64,000 nucleotides of DNA, from contig CAWJMB010000002.1 of assembly GCA_963843845.1 (NCBI GenBank), positions 512,001 through 576,000 of the forward strand, written 5' to 3'. This document shows positions 12,606 to 23,028 of this stretch, in pieces (the stretch's first letter is position 1; each line of letters begins with the position of its first letter). A program made the position numbers and the translations under genes. The notes under the pieces were generated by a model, which was given only the letters and a program-made list of their open reading frames with translations, ran no database searches and was not told the DNA's origin. Origin of the DNA: an uncultured Gemmatimonadaceae bacterium (lineage in GTDB: Bacteria; Gemmatimonadota; Gemmatimonadetes; Gemmatimonadales; Gemmatimonadaceae).

Positions 12606-14869
12606 CACGCCCAGGCGCCTAACGCCCCGTTGCGCGCCTGCGTCCCCGCGGCGAGCCGCCGCGCGCGCACGAACGCCGCCGTCGCGTCGCGCCCCGTGCG
12701 CAACGCCTCCACCGTCTCGCCCAACGCCGCCGCGAGCGCCGGCGCGTCGCCGAGTGCGGCGACGCGGAGGAGCGCGAGCGTGTCGGCGGCGGCGCCCGCG
12801 TCGCGCACCACGAGGTCCACCGCGCGGGCGATCGACGCGAGCCGCTCGCGCGTGCGCGCGTCGAGCGGCGGGCGCGAGGTGCGCTGCGCGGGGTGCAGCG
12901 TGTCGCCGTTCACGCGCGCCGCGAGCCGCACCTTCGCGAGGTCGATGACCACCGCGGGCGGCTTCCCGCGCAGGTACAGTCGCTCCGCGTTGCGGGCACG
13001 CTGCATCGCGGCGATGGCCCGCTTCATCGGCTCGATCGCCTTCGCCGGCTCGGCGATGCCGAGCGCGCGGCCGGCATCCCACATGTGGTTGTACGCCTCG
13101 AGCAGAGGCTTGCTGATCGCGACGATCGGCGCGTCGCCCCCCTCCGCCTCGGCGAGTCCGGCGGCGTTCGCGTCGGTCGCGCGGCTCGCGGCCTCGAGCA
13201 CCTGCTCGGGAGTGAGCTGCGGCAGCTGCTCGCCGTTCGCGTGGTTGTGGCCGTCGCCGGCGAAGTGCGCGTGCTCGCCCCCGGCCTCCTCGTTCTGCCC
13301 GAAGCGCATGAACACGATGTCGCTCACGCGCTGCCGCAGCCGGGCCTGATCGATCGCGATCCTGCGCGACTCCGCGGCCACCGTCGCCGCGGAGAGCTTC
13401 GGGGCGCGCTTCGCCAGCGCTTGCGTGAGCATGAGCAGCATGCGCTGACTGAGCGCCGCGGTGTCGGCCGGCGACGGAGGGACCGCCTCGACGGCGACCG
13501 AGTCGTACTCGTCGGCGCGCGCGACGCGGATCGTGCGCGTGTCCGACGACGCGCCGCGCCCCGGCAGCGGGTTGCGATCGGTCGCGACGGCGCGCACGTG
13601 CACGATGTCGCCGGGCTTGAGGCCCAGCGCGGCCACGTCGAGCGCGGCGCGCAGCTCGCCGTGCCGCGCGCCGCCGAACGCGACCGCGCCGAAGCGCGTC
13701 GTCGTGAACGTGAAGGTCTCTCCTTCCCCGGAGCTGAGGATGTATTCGAAGGCGCCCGCCGCGAGCCCGAGGTCGTCGTCGAGCACCGCGCGCAGCGGGA
13801 TGACGCCGCGCGGCTGCCGGAGCACCGTGTCGCGCTGCGGCGCGGCGAGCGTGAGGTGCGGCACCGCATCGGCCCGCGGCACGAGCACGACGAGCCGCGT
13901 GCGCCCCGCGTCGTCGAGCCGGAGCGACGCGGGGCGCGGCCCCATCGTGAACGCGATGCGCCAGCCGTCCGCGTCCGCCGAGGCGCGACCGTTCGGTGAA
14001 CCGTTCGGAGACCCGTTCGGAGATCCGTTCGGTGACGCGGCGCGCGCGGCGACCGCGACGGCCGGTCCACTGTCCGCGGCGACGACCGCCTGGAGCCCGT
14101 CGGCCGCGCCGTCGCCGACGAGCGTGACCGTGCTGCCGACCAGCCCCTCGATCGACGACGGGTTCGTCGCGGCCGAGCCGGCGAGCCCGCTGTACGACGG
14201 CGGTGTGACGGTCGCGCGGATGCGTGCGAGGCGATCGATCGGCGTGCGGCGCGTGCCGCGTCCCCCCGCCGCCGTCGCGGTGCCGGCGAATCGGCTGGCG
14301 CGCACGGTCGGCGCGGCGACCGCTGCCGCGACGAACGCGGTCGTCAGGAGCGCCGGCAGCAGCAGCGCGCGCCGCGCCGACCGGCGAAGCGCGTCGTCCC
14401 ACCGGGCGCCGCTGACCACCGCGTCGAGCGAGCGAGCGGTGGCGGCTGGCACCGCGAGGCGCGCGTCGGCGAGCGTGACGAGCGCGTAGCGCAGCGCCGG
14501 CACCCGCGCCTCGACCCACAGCGCGGCCCGTTCGTGCGAGATCCCGTGCGGCGCCGCGCGCCAGACGGCGACCGCGCCGGCGACCAGCCCCGCGGCGAGC
14601 GCCGCGAGCGTCCACCCCGCGCCCTCCTGCCCGACGCCTGCCCGCCGCACGAACGCGCCGACCGCGACGACGAACGCCGCAGCCGCCGCGCCCCACAGCA
14701 CGGCCTGCCCGACGACGATCGCGCGCAGCGTCCCACGCACTCGGCTCACGCGCTCGCGAGCGGCGTCACCGGGCTGCGTCGACCGCGCCGACCCACGCGC
14801 CGAGCCCCGCGGCGCCGGCGCATGCGGCAACGCGCCGGATCCGTCCGGGCGCACGATCGACGTGCTCAC
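12602..14869 (-). CDS. DUF4175-like membrane protein (TM pair, Ig-like region, helical tail)
   Basis: GTG at 14869 coupled to upstream stop; VTPPSYSG, LDDDLGL, LKPGDIVHVRAVATD, SQRMLL, AYNHMWDA. Confidence 0.65.
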   Translation of the reverse strand: MSTSIVRPDGSGALPHAPAPRGSARGSARSTQPGDAARERVSRVRGTLRAIVVGQAVLWGAAAAAFVVAVGAFVRRAGVGQEGAGWTLAALAAGLVAGAVAVWRAAPHGISHERAALWVEARVPALRYALVTLADARLAVPAATARSLDAVVSGARWDDALRRSARRALLLPALLTTAFVAAAVAAPTVRASRFAGTATAAGGRGTRRTPIDRLARIRATVTPPSYSGLAGSAATNPSSIEGLVGSTVTLVGDGAADGLQAVVAADSGPAVAVAARAASPNGSPNGSPNGSPNGRASADADGWRIAFTMGPRPASLRLDDAGRTRLVVLVPRADAVPHLTLAAPQRDTVLRQPRGVIPLRAVLDDDLGLAAGAFEYILSSGEGETFTFTTTRFGAVAFGGARHGELRAALDVAALGLKPGDIVHVRAVATDRNPLPGRGASSDTRTIRVARADEYDSVAVEAVPPSPADTAALSQRMLLMLTQALAKRAPKLSAATVAAESRRIAIDQARLRQRVSDIVFMRFGQNEEAGGEHAHFAGDGHNHANGEQLPQLTPEQVLEAASRATDANAAGLAEAEGGDAPIVAISKPLLEAYNHMWDAGRALGIAEPAKAIEPMKRAIAAMQRARNAERLYLRGKPPAVVIDLAKVRLAARVNGDTLHPAQRTSRPPLDARTRERLASIARAVDLVVRDAGAAADTLALLRVAALGDAPALAAALGETVEALRTGRDATAAFVRARRLAAGTQARNGALGAWAW

Positions 14870-16393
14870 GCGGCCTCCTGCGGCCGAGGCGACGACCGCC
14901 GTGTGGTGCGTGGCGCATCGGCGCTCGCGACCGTACCGCCGTCCGCGTCGACCTCGCTCGCCGGGTCGTCGCTCGCCTGCCGTCCGACGAGCCGCAGTGG
15001 CAACTCCACGACCAGCAGCGCGATCGCCGCGGCGAGCAGCCAGCGCGCGAGCGGGTCGTCGGCCGCCGGCGGTCTGGCGAGCGTGCCGGTCGCGAGCAGT
15101 GGTCCGGTCCCGGCGAGTGCCCGAACGACGCTCGCGTCGAGTGGCGCGCCGGCCGTGTGCGCCGAGCACGGTCCGCTGAGCGCGCGGAGGAGCGCGAGGA
15201 AGGGCGGGCGGAGCGCGGCGTCGCCGATCTGTGGAACCGGGATCGCGATCGACCGCATGCATCCGGTGCCGGTCGTCTGTTCGACCGCGGCGGGCGACCC
15301 GTCCGCCCACCGCGCGCCGACCTGTCCCCTCGTCGCCGCCGCCAGCCACTCGGCGCGTCGCTCCATGGGCAGGACGAGCGACGCCGAGCCGGCGACCACG
15401 GCGCCGGCGGTGTCGAGCGGCGAGCGGCGCGCCCAGCCGGCAGGCACGCCATTCACCGGCCAGTCGAGCAGCACGCCGGCGGAATCACGTGCCCAGGCGA
15501 CGTCCGCCGCGGTCGCGCCGTCGCGGACGATGCGCGCAGTGTGCGCAGTGCCCCCACTGCGCGCCACTGCGCGCGGTCGCATCCGGGCGCGGCGCCGACG
15601 TGTCACGCCCGACCAGCATCGCGGCAGCGGCCAGGGCGTCGTCGGTCGACGCGGCGCTCCCAGGCGACGCGGCGTCGGCACGCGCCCGAACCCGCACTCC
15701 GTCCGGCGGCGCCGAGTCCGTCACCGGCGCGACGCGCACGACGCGCGCGCGCCCCGCCCACGTCGCGCGCACGGGCATCGTCGCCGCGTCGACCGCGCGC
15801 GCGGTCAGCGGCGACACGACGACCAGTTCGACCGAATCGGCGGTCTCGCGCAGCCGCGGCGCCGCGCGCCTCGCCGCCGCGAGCGCCGCCGACACCGAGC
15901 CCACGCCCCCCGACCCGTTCGCCTCGCGCGTCGAATCGCTCGCCGTCGAGACCAGCGCCGCCCCGATCGCACTGTCGCGCGCCGCCGCATCGATCGGAAG
16001 CACGACGGGCGCCGCCGCGCGTTCGCTGAACGCGACGAGCAGATCGCCCGCGCCCGCCAGCGCTCGCACACTGTCGCGCACCGCGCGCGCGTCCGCGACC
16101 GCGCGCGACCGATCGGCGACGATCACGCGCGCGACCGCGCGACGCGGCGGCGTTCGGACCGGCCGCGCGAGCGCGGTGGCCGCGAGCAGCACCGTCGCGA
16201 CGCGCACGGCGAGCAGCAGCAGATCGGTCGGCCGCCGCGCGAGCCGCCGCGCTCGTGCCGATCGCTGCGGAACGAACCGCGCCGTCGGAAGCAGCAGCGG
16301 CGCCGGCCGTCCGATCGCGAGCAGGTGCAGCCCGACGAGCGCCAGCGCCGCGACTGCGCCACCGGCGAGCCACCACGGCGACAGAATAGTCAT
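14866..16393 (-). CDS. BatA (N-terminal double-TM) domain protein (one frameshift near 15560)
   Basis: MTILSPWWLAGGAVAALALVGLHLL...LPTARF...DLLLLAVRVATVLLAATALARP, then VIVADRSRA (vWA-like); C-terminal WLLAAAIALLVVE in the next frame. Confidence 0.75.
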
Positions 16394-17343
16394 GATGCGA
16401 GCCCTCGGCTGCCGTCGGCGCTCGTGACGGTCGCCCGGGCGCCGGTCTCGCGCGGCACGTCGTCGACCCCGCGAACGACGCGCCGGACCGCGCGCGCCGC
16501 CGGCTCGCTCGTCACGACCGTCGTGTAGGCCGCGCCCGCGTCGCGCCACGCCCGCGCGGTCGCCTCGCGCCACGCCCCGAATGCCGCGAGATACTCCGCC
16601 CGCGCGGTCGCGTCGAGCGGCCGCTGCACCGCCGGCGCCTCCGGATCGATCGCCATCACCGCGCCCCGCGGCGGGTCGAGCTCCGCGTCGTCGAGCAGGT
16701 GCAGCGCGTAGAGCTCTCCCCCCTGCGCCCGGTGCGTCGATGCCGCGCGCAGTGTCGCCTCGGCGTCGCCGAGGAAATCCGACAGCACCACGATCCGCGC
16801 ACCGCGCGTCGTCGATGCGGCGTGCGTCACGAGCGGCGCCAGGGGCGCGGCGCCATCCGGCACCGTCGCGTCGAGCGCCCGCCCGATCTCGCCGATCACA
16901 CCGCGCCGCGCCCGCGGCGGCAGCCACCGCTCTCCCTGCGTCAGCGCCAGCCCGACCGGATCGCCGGCCGCGTGGGCGACCGAGGCGAGCCCGAGCGCCA
17001 CCGCACGCGCCTGACGCCACTTCGCGTGCTGCCGCGCCCCGGTCGCCGGAAACGCCATCGACGCACTCGCGTCGACGAGCAGCAGCGTCGGCAGCAGCGC
17101 GTGATCGTCGGCGAGGCGGATGAACGCGCGATCGCTCCTCGCCAGCAATCGCCAGTCGAGGCGCCGCGGATCGTCTCCCTGCCGGTACGCGCGATACTCG
17201 CTGAACTCGCCCCCGGGGCTGCGCAGCCGCGCACGGTGCGCGCCGGGCATCGTGGCCGCGGCGACGTGACGCGCCGGCCAGCGCAGCCCGCGGACCTGGT
17301 CGAGCAGCGCGGTGTCGTCGGACATCGGCAGTCGATCAGACAC
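16390..17343 (-). CDS. DUF58 domain (vWA-like) protein
   Basis: GEFSEYRAYRQGDDPRRLDWR, LLVDASASM, VVLSDFL. Confidence 0.9.
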   Translation of the reverse strand: MSDRLPMSDDTALLDQVRGLRWPARHVAAATMPGAHRARLRSPGGEFSEYRAYRQGDDPRRLDWRLLARSDRAFIRLADDHALLPTLLLVDASASMAFPATGARQHAKWRQARAVALGLASVAHAAGDPVGLALTQGERWLPPRARRGVIGEIGRALDATVPDGAAPLAPLVTHAASTTRGARIVVLSDFLGDAEATLRAASTHRAQGGELYALHLLDDAELDPPRGAVMAIDPEAPAVQRPLDATARAEYLAAFGAWREATARAWRDAGAAYTTVVTSEPAARAVRRVVRGVDDVPRETGARATVTSADGSRGLAS

Positions 17344-18385
17344 GCACCCCCGACGCCGGCGCCGCCACTCGCTCCAGCAGATCCGCCACCACCCGGTCCG
17401 CGTCGATCCCCTCCGCCTCCGCCGCGAACGTCGGCAGCACGCGGTGCCGCAGCACCGGCGCCGCCACCCGCCGCAGATCCTCCGGTGCGACGGCTCCGCG
17501 ACCGGCGAGCAGCGCGTGCGCCTTCGCGCCCAGCACGAGCGCCTGCCCCGCCCGTGGGCCGGCCCCCCAGCGAACCGCCCGCTTCACGAGCGCCGTCGCC
17601 GCCGGGTCGTCCGGGCGCGTGGCGCGCACGAGCGACGCCGCGTAGCGCAACGCCGCGTCCGACGCCGGGATCGCCCGCGCGAGCCGCTGCAGGGCGAGCG
17701 CCTGCTCGGCGGTCAGCACGGCGTCGAGGGGACCGGACGGAGCGCCGGTCGTGGCCCGCAGAATCGCCACCTCCTCCTCGGCGTCGGGATAGCTCACCCG
17801 GACGTCGAACAGAAAGCGGTCGAGCTGCGCCTCGGGGAGCGGATACGTGCCCTCCTGCTCGATCGGGTTCTGCGTCGCGAGCACGAAGAACGGCTCCGGC
17901 AGCCGCATGGTGCGGCCGGCGGCGCTCACCGCGTGCTCCTGCATCGCCTCGAGCAGCGCGGCCTGCGTGCGCGGCGGCGCGCGGTTGATCTCGTCCGCGA
18001 GGACGATGTTCGCGAACACCGGACCCGGGACGAAGCGGAACGCCCGCCCGCCGGTCGACTGATCCTCTTCCAGGATCTCCGTCCCCGTGATGTCGCTCGG
18101 CACGAGGTCCGGGGTGAACTGGATGCGGCGGAAGTCGAGGTGCATCGCCTCCGACAGCGACTTCACGAGCAACGTCTTCGCGAGGCCAGGAACGCCGACG
18201 AGACGCGCGTGCCCGCCGGCGACGATCGCGAGCAGCAGCTCCTCGACGACCTGGTCCTGCCCGACGACGCGCCGCGCGACCTGCGTGCGCAGGGCGCGCA
18301 TCGCGTCGAGCAGCGGCGCCGCGTCGTCGAGCGTGCGTGGGACGTGCGGGAGCTGCGGAGAGTCCGACCGAACGGAAGTCGCCAC
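17336..18385 (-). CDS. moxR: MoxR family AAA+ ATPase
   Basis: GVPGLAKT (Walker A), RIQFTPDLVPSDITG, LADEINRAPPRTQAALLEAMQE, ATQNPIEQEGTYPLPEAQLDRF. Confidence 0.95.
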   Translation of the reverse strand: MATSVRSDSPQLPHVPRTLDDAAPLLDAMRALRTQVARRVVGQDQVVEELLLAIVAGGHARLVGVPGLAKTLLVKSLSEAMHLDFRRIQFTPDLVPSDITGTEILEEDQSTGGRAFRFVPGPVFANIVLADEINRAPPRTQAALLEAMQEHAVSAAGRTMRLPEPFFVLATQNPIEQEGTYPLPEAQLDRFLFDVRVSYPDAEEEVAILRATTGAPSGPLDAVLTAEQALALQRLARAIPASDAALRYAASLVRATRPDDPAATALVKRAVRWGAGPRAGQALVLGAKAHALLAGRGAVAPEDLRRVAAPVLRHRVLPTFAAEAEGIDADRVVADLLERVAAPASGVRV

Positions 18386-18653
18386 GTGAGCGATTGGAGA
18401 AACGACGGAGAGATGACGTGAGCGCGTACGTAAGCCAGTGGTACGCTCAGCGGCAGGCGGATGTTGTGCGGACGGTGTGTCGACACGGCCGTGCGCGCGC
18501 CGCTCGCGGGACCGGGCGCGGCAGGGAGGGGTGGCCTGCGTCGTCCGGCGGGGCGGTATGGGGCGTGTCGCATCCGGCCCGGACATTGCCTGAGGCCAGT
18601 TGCTTGTCGTCGCGCTCGTCTGTGCCGGACCGGAGTTCACCTGGAGTTGTAGA

Positions 18654-19385
18654 GTGCAGCACCGAAGCACCATTCAGCGGCTGTCGCCCGACGCGCGTGC
18701 CGCCCTCGCGAGCTACGGCGCGAAGGCCAGCTGGCCCGCCGGGTTCGGGATCTATCAGCGCGGCGCCGCCGCCGACGGGGTGTTCGTCGTGCTGTCGGGA
18801 CGCATCGTGCTCCGCAGCCGCGTCAAAGCCGGTCGCGGCTTCGTTCCCGCCCTCGCCACCGACGGCGAGACGTTCGGCGCCGAGGGGCTCGAGATCGCGG
18901 GCAGGTACGCGACCGACGCCCGCGCCGAGGAGGCGAGCGAGACGCTGCACCTGAGTGGCGCGCGCTTCCGCGCCTTCCTCCGCGAGCAGCCGCAGAGCGC
19001 GCAGCTCCTCATCGGCCAGATCATGGCCGAGCGGACGCAGCTGCTCGACAAGTTGCACGAACTGGCGACGCTCTCCGTCGAGGAGCGCCTCATCGCGTCC
19101 ATGCTGCGCCTCGCCGACCAGTCGCGCCTCGCCGACCGCGCCGCGCTCCACCTCCCGCCCGGCGACTACCGTCTGCTCTGCGAGCTCGTCGGCGCGACGC
19201 GCGAGAGTGTCTCGCTCGTCTTCAACCGCCTCGTGAGCGCCGGCCTCGTCGACCGCGACGGCGCCGCCTACACCGTCCCCGACATCGCCGCGCTCGCCGC
19301 GCGACTCGGCAGCGCGGGGGTCGAGACGGAGACCGCCGTGCCGGTCGTCAGCGAGCCGCGGGCCGAGCGGGCGATGCGGGTCTGA
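18654..19385 (+). CDS. Crp/Fnr family transcriptional regulator
   Basis: cNMP-binding-like IYQRG...FVVLSG...GETFGAE; HTH LCELVGATRESVSLVF; GGAG upstream of GTG 18654. Confidence 0.85.
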   Translation: MQHRSTIQRLSPDARAALASYGAKASWPAGFGIYQRGAAADGVFVVLSGRIVLRSRVKAGRGFVPALATDGETFGAEGLEIAGRYATDARAEEASETLHLSGARFRAFLREQPQSAQLLIGQIMAERTQLLDKLHELATLSVEERLIASMLRLADQSRLADRAALHLPPGDYRLLCELVGATRESVSLVFNRLVSAGLVDRDGAAYTVPDIAALAARLGSAGVETETAVPVVSEPRAERAMRV

Positions 19386-19435
19386 CGAGGCCGGACAGGA
19401 CGGGACGGGGCACGGACGGCCGTTAGCTTCTCTCC

Positions 19436-20557
19436 ATGCCCCCGCCCGCCCGCTACGCCCGCCAGATCGCTCTCCCCGGCTTCGGGCTCGCCGGCCAGCA
19501 GCGCCTCTCGGCCGCGAGCGTACTGATCGTCGGTGCCGGCGGCCTCGGCTCCCCGGCGGCACTCTACCTGGCGGCGGCAGGCGTCGGACGGCTCGGCCTC
19601 GCGGACGACGACGTCGTCGACCGGTCGAACCTGCATCGGCAACTGCTCTACGGCGACGCCGACGTCGGGCGGCCCAAGCTCGACGCGGCACGCGACCGGC
19701 TGCGCGACGTGAACCCCGACGTCGCCGTCGACACGCACGCGGTCCGCGTCGACGCGACGAACGCCGACGCGGTGATCGACGGGTACGACGTCGTCGTCGA
19801 CGCGACCGACAACTTCCCAGCGCGCTATGCCGTGGGCGACGCCTGCGCGCGCCGAGGTACGGCGCTCGTGCACGGCAGCGTCTCGCGCTTCGAGGGACGC
19901 GTCACGCTGCTCGTCGCCGGCGGCGCGCCCTGCTATCGCTGCCTCTTCCCCGCCGCGCCCCCACCGAACACCGTCCCCTCGTGCGCCGAGGCCGGCGTGC
20001 TCGGCGTGCTCCCGGGTATGATCGGCACGATGCAGGCGACCGAAGTCATCAAGCACGTCGCCGGGATCGGCGAGACGCTCGCGGGGCGGCTGCTGCTCGT
20101 CGACGCGCTACGCATGCACGTGCACACCGTCGCCGTGGCGCGCGATCCCGCGTGCTCGGCGTGTGGTGCCGGGGCCCGACGATCGGGGAGCGGGAAGCGG
20201 GGAGGCGTTCGGCACCCGCTCCCCGATCCCCGATCCCCGATCCCCGAGATCACCGCCCGCGAAGCCGCCGTCCGCCTGCGCGCCGCGCCCCCGCCGACGC
20301 TGCTCGACGTCCGCGAGCCGTGGGAGTACGACACCGCGCACGTCGACGGCGCCCGGCTCGTGCCACTCCAGACGCTCCCCTCGTCGCTCGCCCCCCTCGA
20401 TCCCGCCGGCGAGTACCTCGTGCTCTGCCATCACGGCGTGCGCAGTGCGATGGCCGCCGAGTATCTGCGCGAGCGCGGCTTCGCGCGCGTGACGAACGTC
20501 GCCGGCGGCATCGACGCGTGGAGCCGCGACGTCGACTCGTCGGTCCCGCGCTACTGA
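19436..20557 (+). CDS. moeB: MoeB/ThiF adenylyltransferase fused to rhodanese (MoeZ-like)
   Basis: RYARQI, VGAGGLGSP, SNLHRQ, DATDNF, CYRC, CAEAGVLG; C-terminal LLDVREPWE...LCHHGVRS...GGIDAW. Confidence 0.92.
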   Translation: MPPPARYARQIALPGFGLAGQQRLSAASVLIVGAGGLGSPAALYLAAAGVGRLGLADDDVVDRSNLHRQLLYGDADVGRPKLDAARDRLRDVNPDVAVDTHAVRVDATNADAVIDGYDVVVDATDNFPARYAVGDACARRGTALVHGSVSRFEGRVTLLVAGGAPCYRCLFPAAPPPNTVPSCAEAGVLGVLPGMIGTMQATEVIKHVAGIGETLAGRLLLVDALRMHVHTVAVARDPACSACGAGARRSGSGKRGGVRHPLPDPRSPIPEITAREAAVRLRAAPPPTLLDVREPWEYDTAHVDGARLVPLQTLPSSLAPLDPAGEYLVLCHHGVRSAMAAEYLRERGFARVTNVAGGIDAWSRDVDSSVPRY

Positions 20558-20566
20558 GCCGCGGTC

Positions 20567-21430
20567 GTGCGCCGCACGGAAGCCCTGCTGCGACGTGACG
20601 TCGCCGCCCGCCTTCCGGTCGGCGCCGACGGGATCGTCCTCGGCGCCGAGCCGCTCGCGCTCGACGCGGAGGCGCGGAACGGGCCGCACGCGCCGCGCGC
20701 CGCGCTGCTGCTGCACGGCTTCGGCGACGCCCCGGACTCGCTCGCTCAGTTGGGCGCCGTGCTGCACGCCCGCGGCTGGACCGTCCGCGCCCCCCTCCTC
20801 CCCGGCCACGGCCGCACGCTCGACGCGTTCGCCGCGTCGACCGCCGCCGACTGGCTCGCCGCCGCCGGCGACGCCTACGCCGCCCTCCGTGCGACGCACG
20901 CGGAGGTGGCCCTCGTCGGCCAGTCGATGGGCGGCGCGCTGAGCGTTCTGCTCGCCGCCGAGCGGCCACCGCCGCGGCTCGTGCTGCTCGCGCCGTACCT
21001 CGCCGTGCCGCCGCTCGTGCGCACCATCGGCCGGCTGCACCCGCTCGCCGCGCGCCTCACGCCCTGGCTCCGGAGCCGCAGCGACGCGAGCATTCTCGAC
21101 CCCGCCGCCCGCCAGGCGAGCCGCGGCTACGGCGTCGTCGCGCCGCACCTGCTGCGCGAGCTCACCCGCGTCGTCGACCAGGCCGTCGCCGCGCTCCCCC
21201 GCGTCTCGTCGCCCACTCGCGTCATCCACTCGCGCCGCGACAATCGCATCGCCCCCGCCGCCGCCGCCGCGGCGTTCGCCCGACTCGGCGCCACGCAGAA
21301 GGAGTTGGTGTGGCTCGACGCGAGCGGCCACGTGATCTCCGTCGACCGGGAGAAGGCGCGCGTGTTCACCCTCGTCGCGGACTGGCTCGGTCCGACCGCG
21401 AGCATGACCGCCTCACCCCGTCCGCCGTGA
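20567..21430 (+). CDS. Alpha/beta hydrolase (carboxylesterase-like)
   Basis: LLLHGF, LPGHG, GQSMGG nucleophile elbow, catalytic D and SGHVI. Confidence 0.85.
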   Translation: MRRTEALLRRDVAARLPVGADGIVLGAEPLALDAEARNGPHAPRAALLLHGFGDAPDSLAQLGAVLHARGWTVRAPLLPGHGRTLDAFAASTAADWLAAAGDAYAALRATHAEVALVGQSMGGALSVLLAAERPPPRLVLLAPYLAVPPLVRTIGRLHPLAARLTPWLRSRSDASILDPAARQASRGYGVVAPHLLRELTRVVDQAVAALPRVSSPTRVIHSRRDNRIAPAAAAAAFARLGATQKELVWLDASGHVISVDREKARVFTLVADWLGPTASMTASPRPP

Positions 21431-21512
21431 GTCCAACCGTATCACCGCGGCTGAACCGCGGCTGAACCGCCGGCCGAACCGCGGTGATGCGGTGTGACTC
21501 ACGGCGGACGGG
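21417..21512. repeat. Palindromic element with internal 11-bp tandem repeats, copy 1
   Basis: Arms CCCGTCCGCCGTGAGTCCAACCGTATCACCGCGG / CCGCGGTGATGCGGTGTGACTCACGGCGGACGGG around CCGCGGCTGAA units; homologous to 51146-51306. Confidence 0.85.
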
Positions 21513-21580
21513 ATCGGGATGGGGCGGCCTCTCGACCCCACCGTTAGCTTCCCGGCTCGAATCCACCCGCACCCCCCGCG

Positions 21581-22696
21581 ATGCGCATCAGCGTGCTGAA
21601 GGAAACCGCCCCCGGTGAGCGCCGCGTCGCGCTCGTGCCGGAGAGCGTGAAGCGCCTCACGACCGCCGGCCACACCGTGACGGTCGAGCGCGACGCCGGC
21701 ACCGCCGCCCACTTCTCGGACGCGCAGTACGAGACCGCCGGCGCGACGATCGCCCCGAGCGCCGCCGCGGCCGCGAGCGGCGCGGCCATCGTCGCGAAAG
21801 TCCAGCGCCCGTCGCTCGACGAGGTCGCGCTGCTCGACGAGGGCTCCGCCGTCGTCTCGCTGCTCCAGCCCGCGCAGCACGCCGACGTCGTGCAGGCGCT
21901 CGCGGCCCGACGAGTCACCGCGTTCGCCCTCGAGCTCGTGCCGCGCATCACCCGCGCGCAGTCGATGGACGTGCTCTCGTCGCAGGCGACCATCGCCGGG
22001 TACAAAGCCGTGCTGGTGGGCGCCACCGCGCTCGCCCGGCTCCTCCCGATGCTGACGACCGCCGCCGGCTCGATCACGCCGGCGAAGACCTTCGTCATCG
22101 GCGCCGGCGTCGCCGGGCTGCAGGCGATCGCCACCGCCAAACGGCTCGGCGCCGTCGTCAGCGCGTTCGACATCCGCCCCGCGGCCCGCGAGCAGGTGCA
22201 GAGCCTGGGCGCGTCGTTCGTCGCCGCGCGAGCAGGTCGCGCAGACCGCCGAGACCGCGGGCGGCTACGCGAAGGAGCAGTCGAGCGACGAGCAGGCGCG
22301 CACGGCCGCCGCACTCGCCAGGCACATCAAGGACATGGACCTCGTCGTCACCACGGCGGCCGTTCCCGGCACGCCCCGCGCCCAAGCTGGTCACCGACGC
22401 CATGGTCGCGACGATGCGCCCCGGCTCCGTCATCGTCGACCTCGCGGCGGAGAGCGGGCGGCAACTGCGCGCTCACGCGGGCCGGCGAGACCGTCGTCGC
22501 GCACGACGTCACGATCATCGGTGCCGCTGAATCTCCCCAGCTACCGTGCCGTTCCACGCGAGCCAGATGCTGAGCAAGAACATCCTCACGCTTCCTGCAG
22601 CACGTCACCACGGACGGCGCGCTCACGGTGAACCTCGACGACGAGATCACCGGCGCGATGGCCGTCACCCACGCCGGAGAGGTCCGCCGCGCATGA
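21581..22696 (+). CDS. pntA: NAD(P) transhydrogenase subunit alpha part 1 (frameshifted)
   Basis: ETAPGERRVALVP, PRITRAQSMDVLSSQ, IGAGVAGLQAIATAKRLGA, IVDLAA..GGNC. Confidence 0.92.
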
Positions 22697-23026
22697 CCGC
22701 CGATCATCCAGCTCTACGTCTTCGTCCTCGCCGGGTTCGTCGGCTTCCTCGTGATCGCGCGCGTCCCGCCGCTGCTGCACACGCCGCTCATGTCGGCGGC
22801 GAACGCGATCTCCGCCATCTCGATCGTCGGCGCGATCCTCACCGCCGGCTCGTCGCACACGCTCGCGCAGGTCCTCGGCTTCATCGCGCGTCACGTGCGC
22901 GACGATCAACGTCGTCGCCGGCTTCGTCGTCACCGACCGGATCCTCAAGATGTTCCAGCGGAAGCCGACCGCGCCGAACAGGGTGCTGGGCGAGACCGTC
23001 GTCGACGACGCGCGAAGGCGGGCTGA
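22693..23026 (+). CDS. NAD(P) transhydrogenase subunit alpha part 2 (frameshifted)
   Basis: VPPLLHTPLMSAANAISAI, INVVAGFVVTDRILKMF. Confidence 0.88.
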
Positions 23027-23028
23027 GC

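Noticed and set aside
7100..20557. RiPP cluster (TldD/E plus ThiF-family enzyme)
   Set aside because: No precursor peptide, YcaO, radical SAM or exporter seen; the ThiF protein is a standard MoeB-rhodanese on the opposite strand.
19436..20557. E1-like ubiquitin-type defence gene
   Set aside because: No E2, JAB or cyclase neighbours; architecture fits sulfur-carrier activation.
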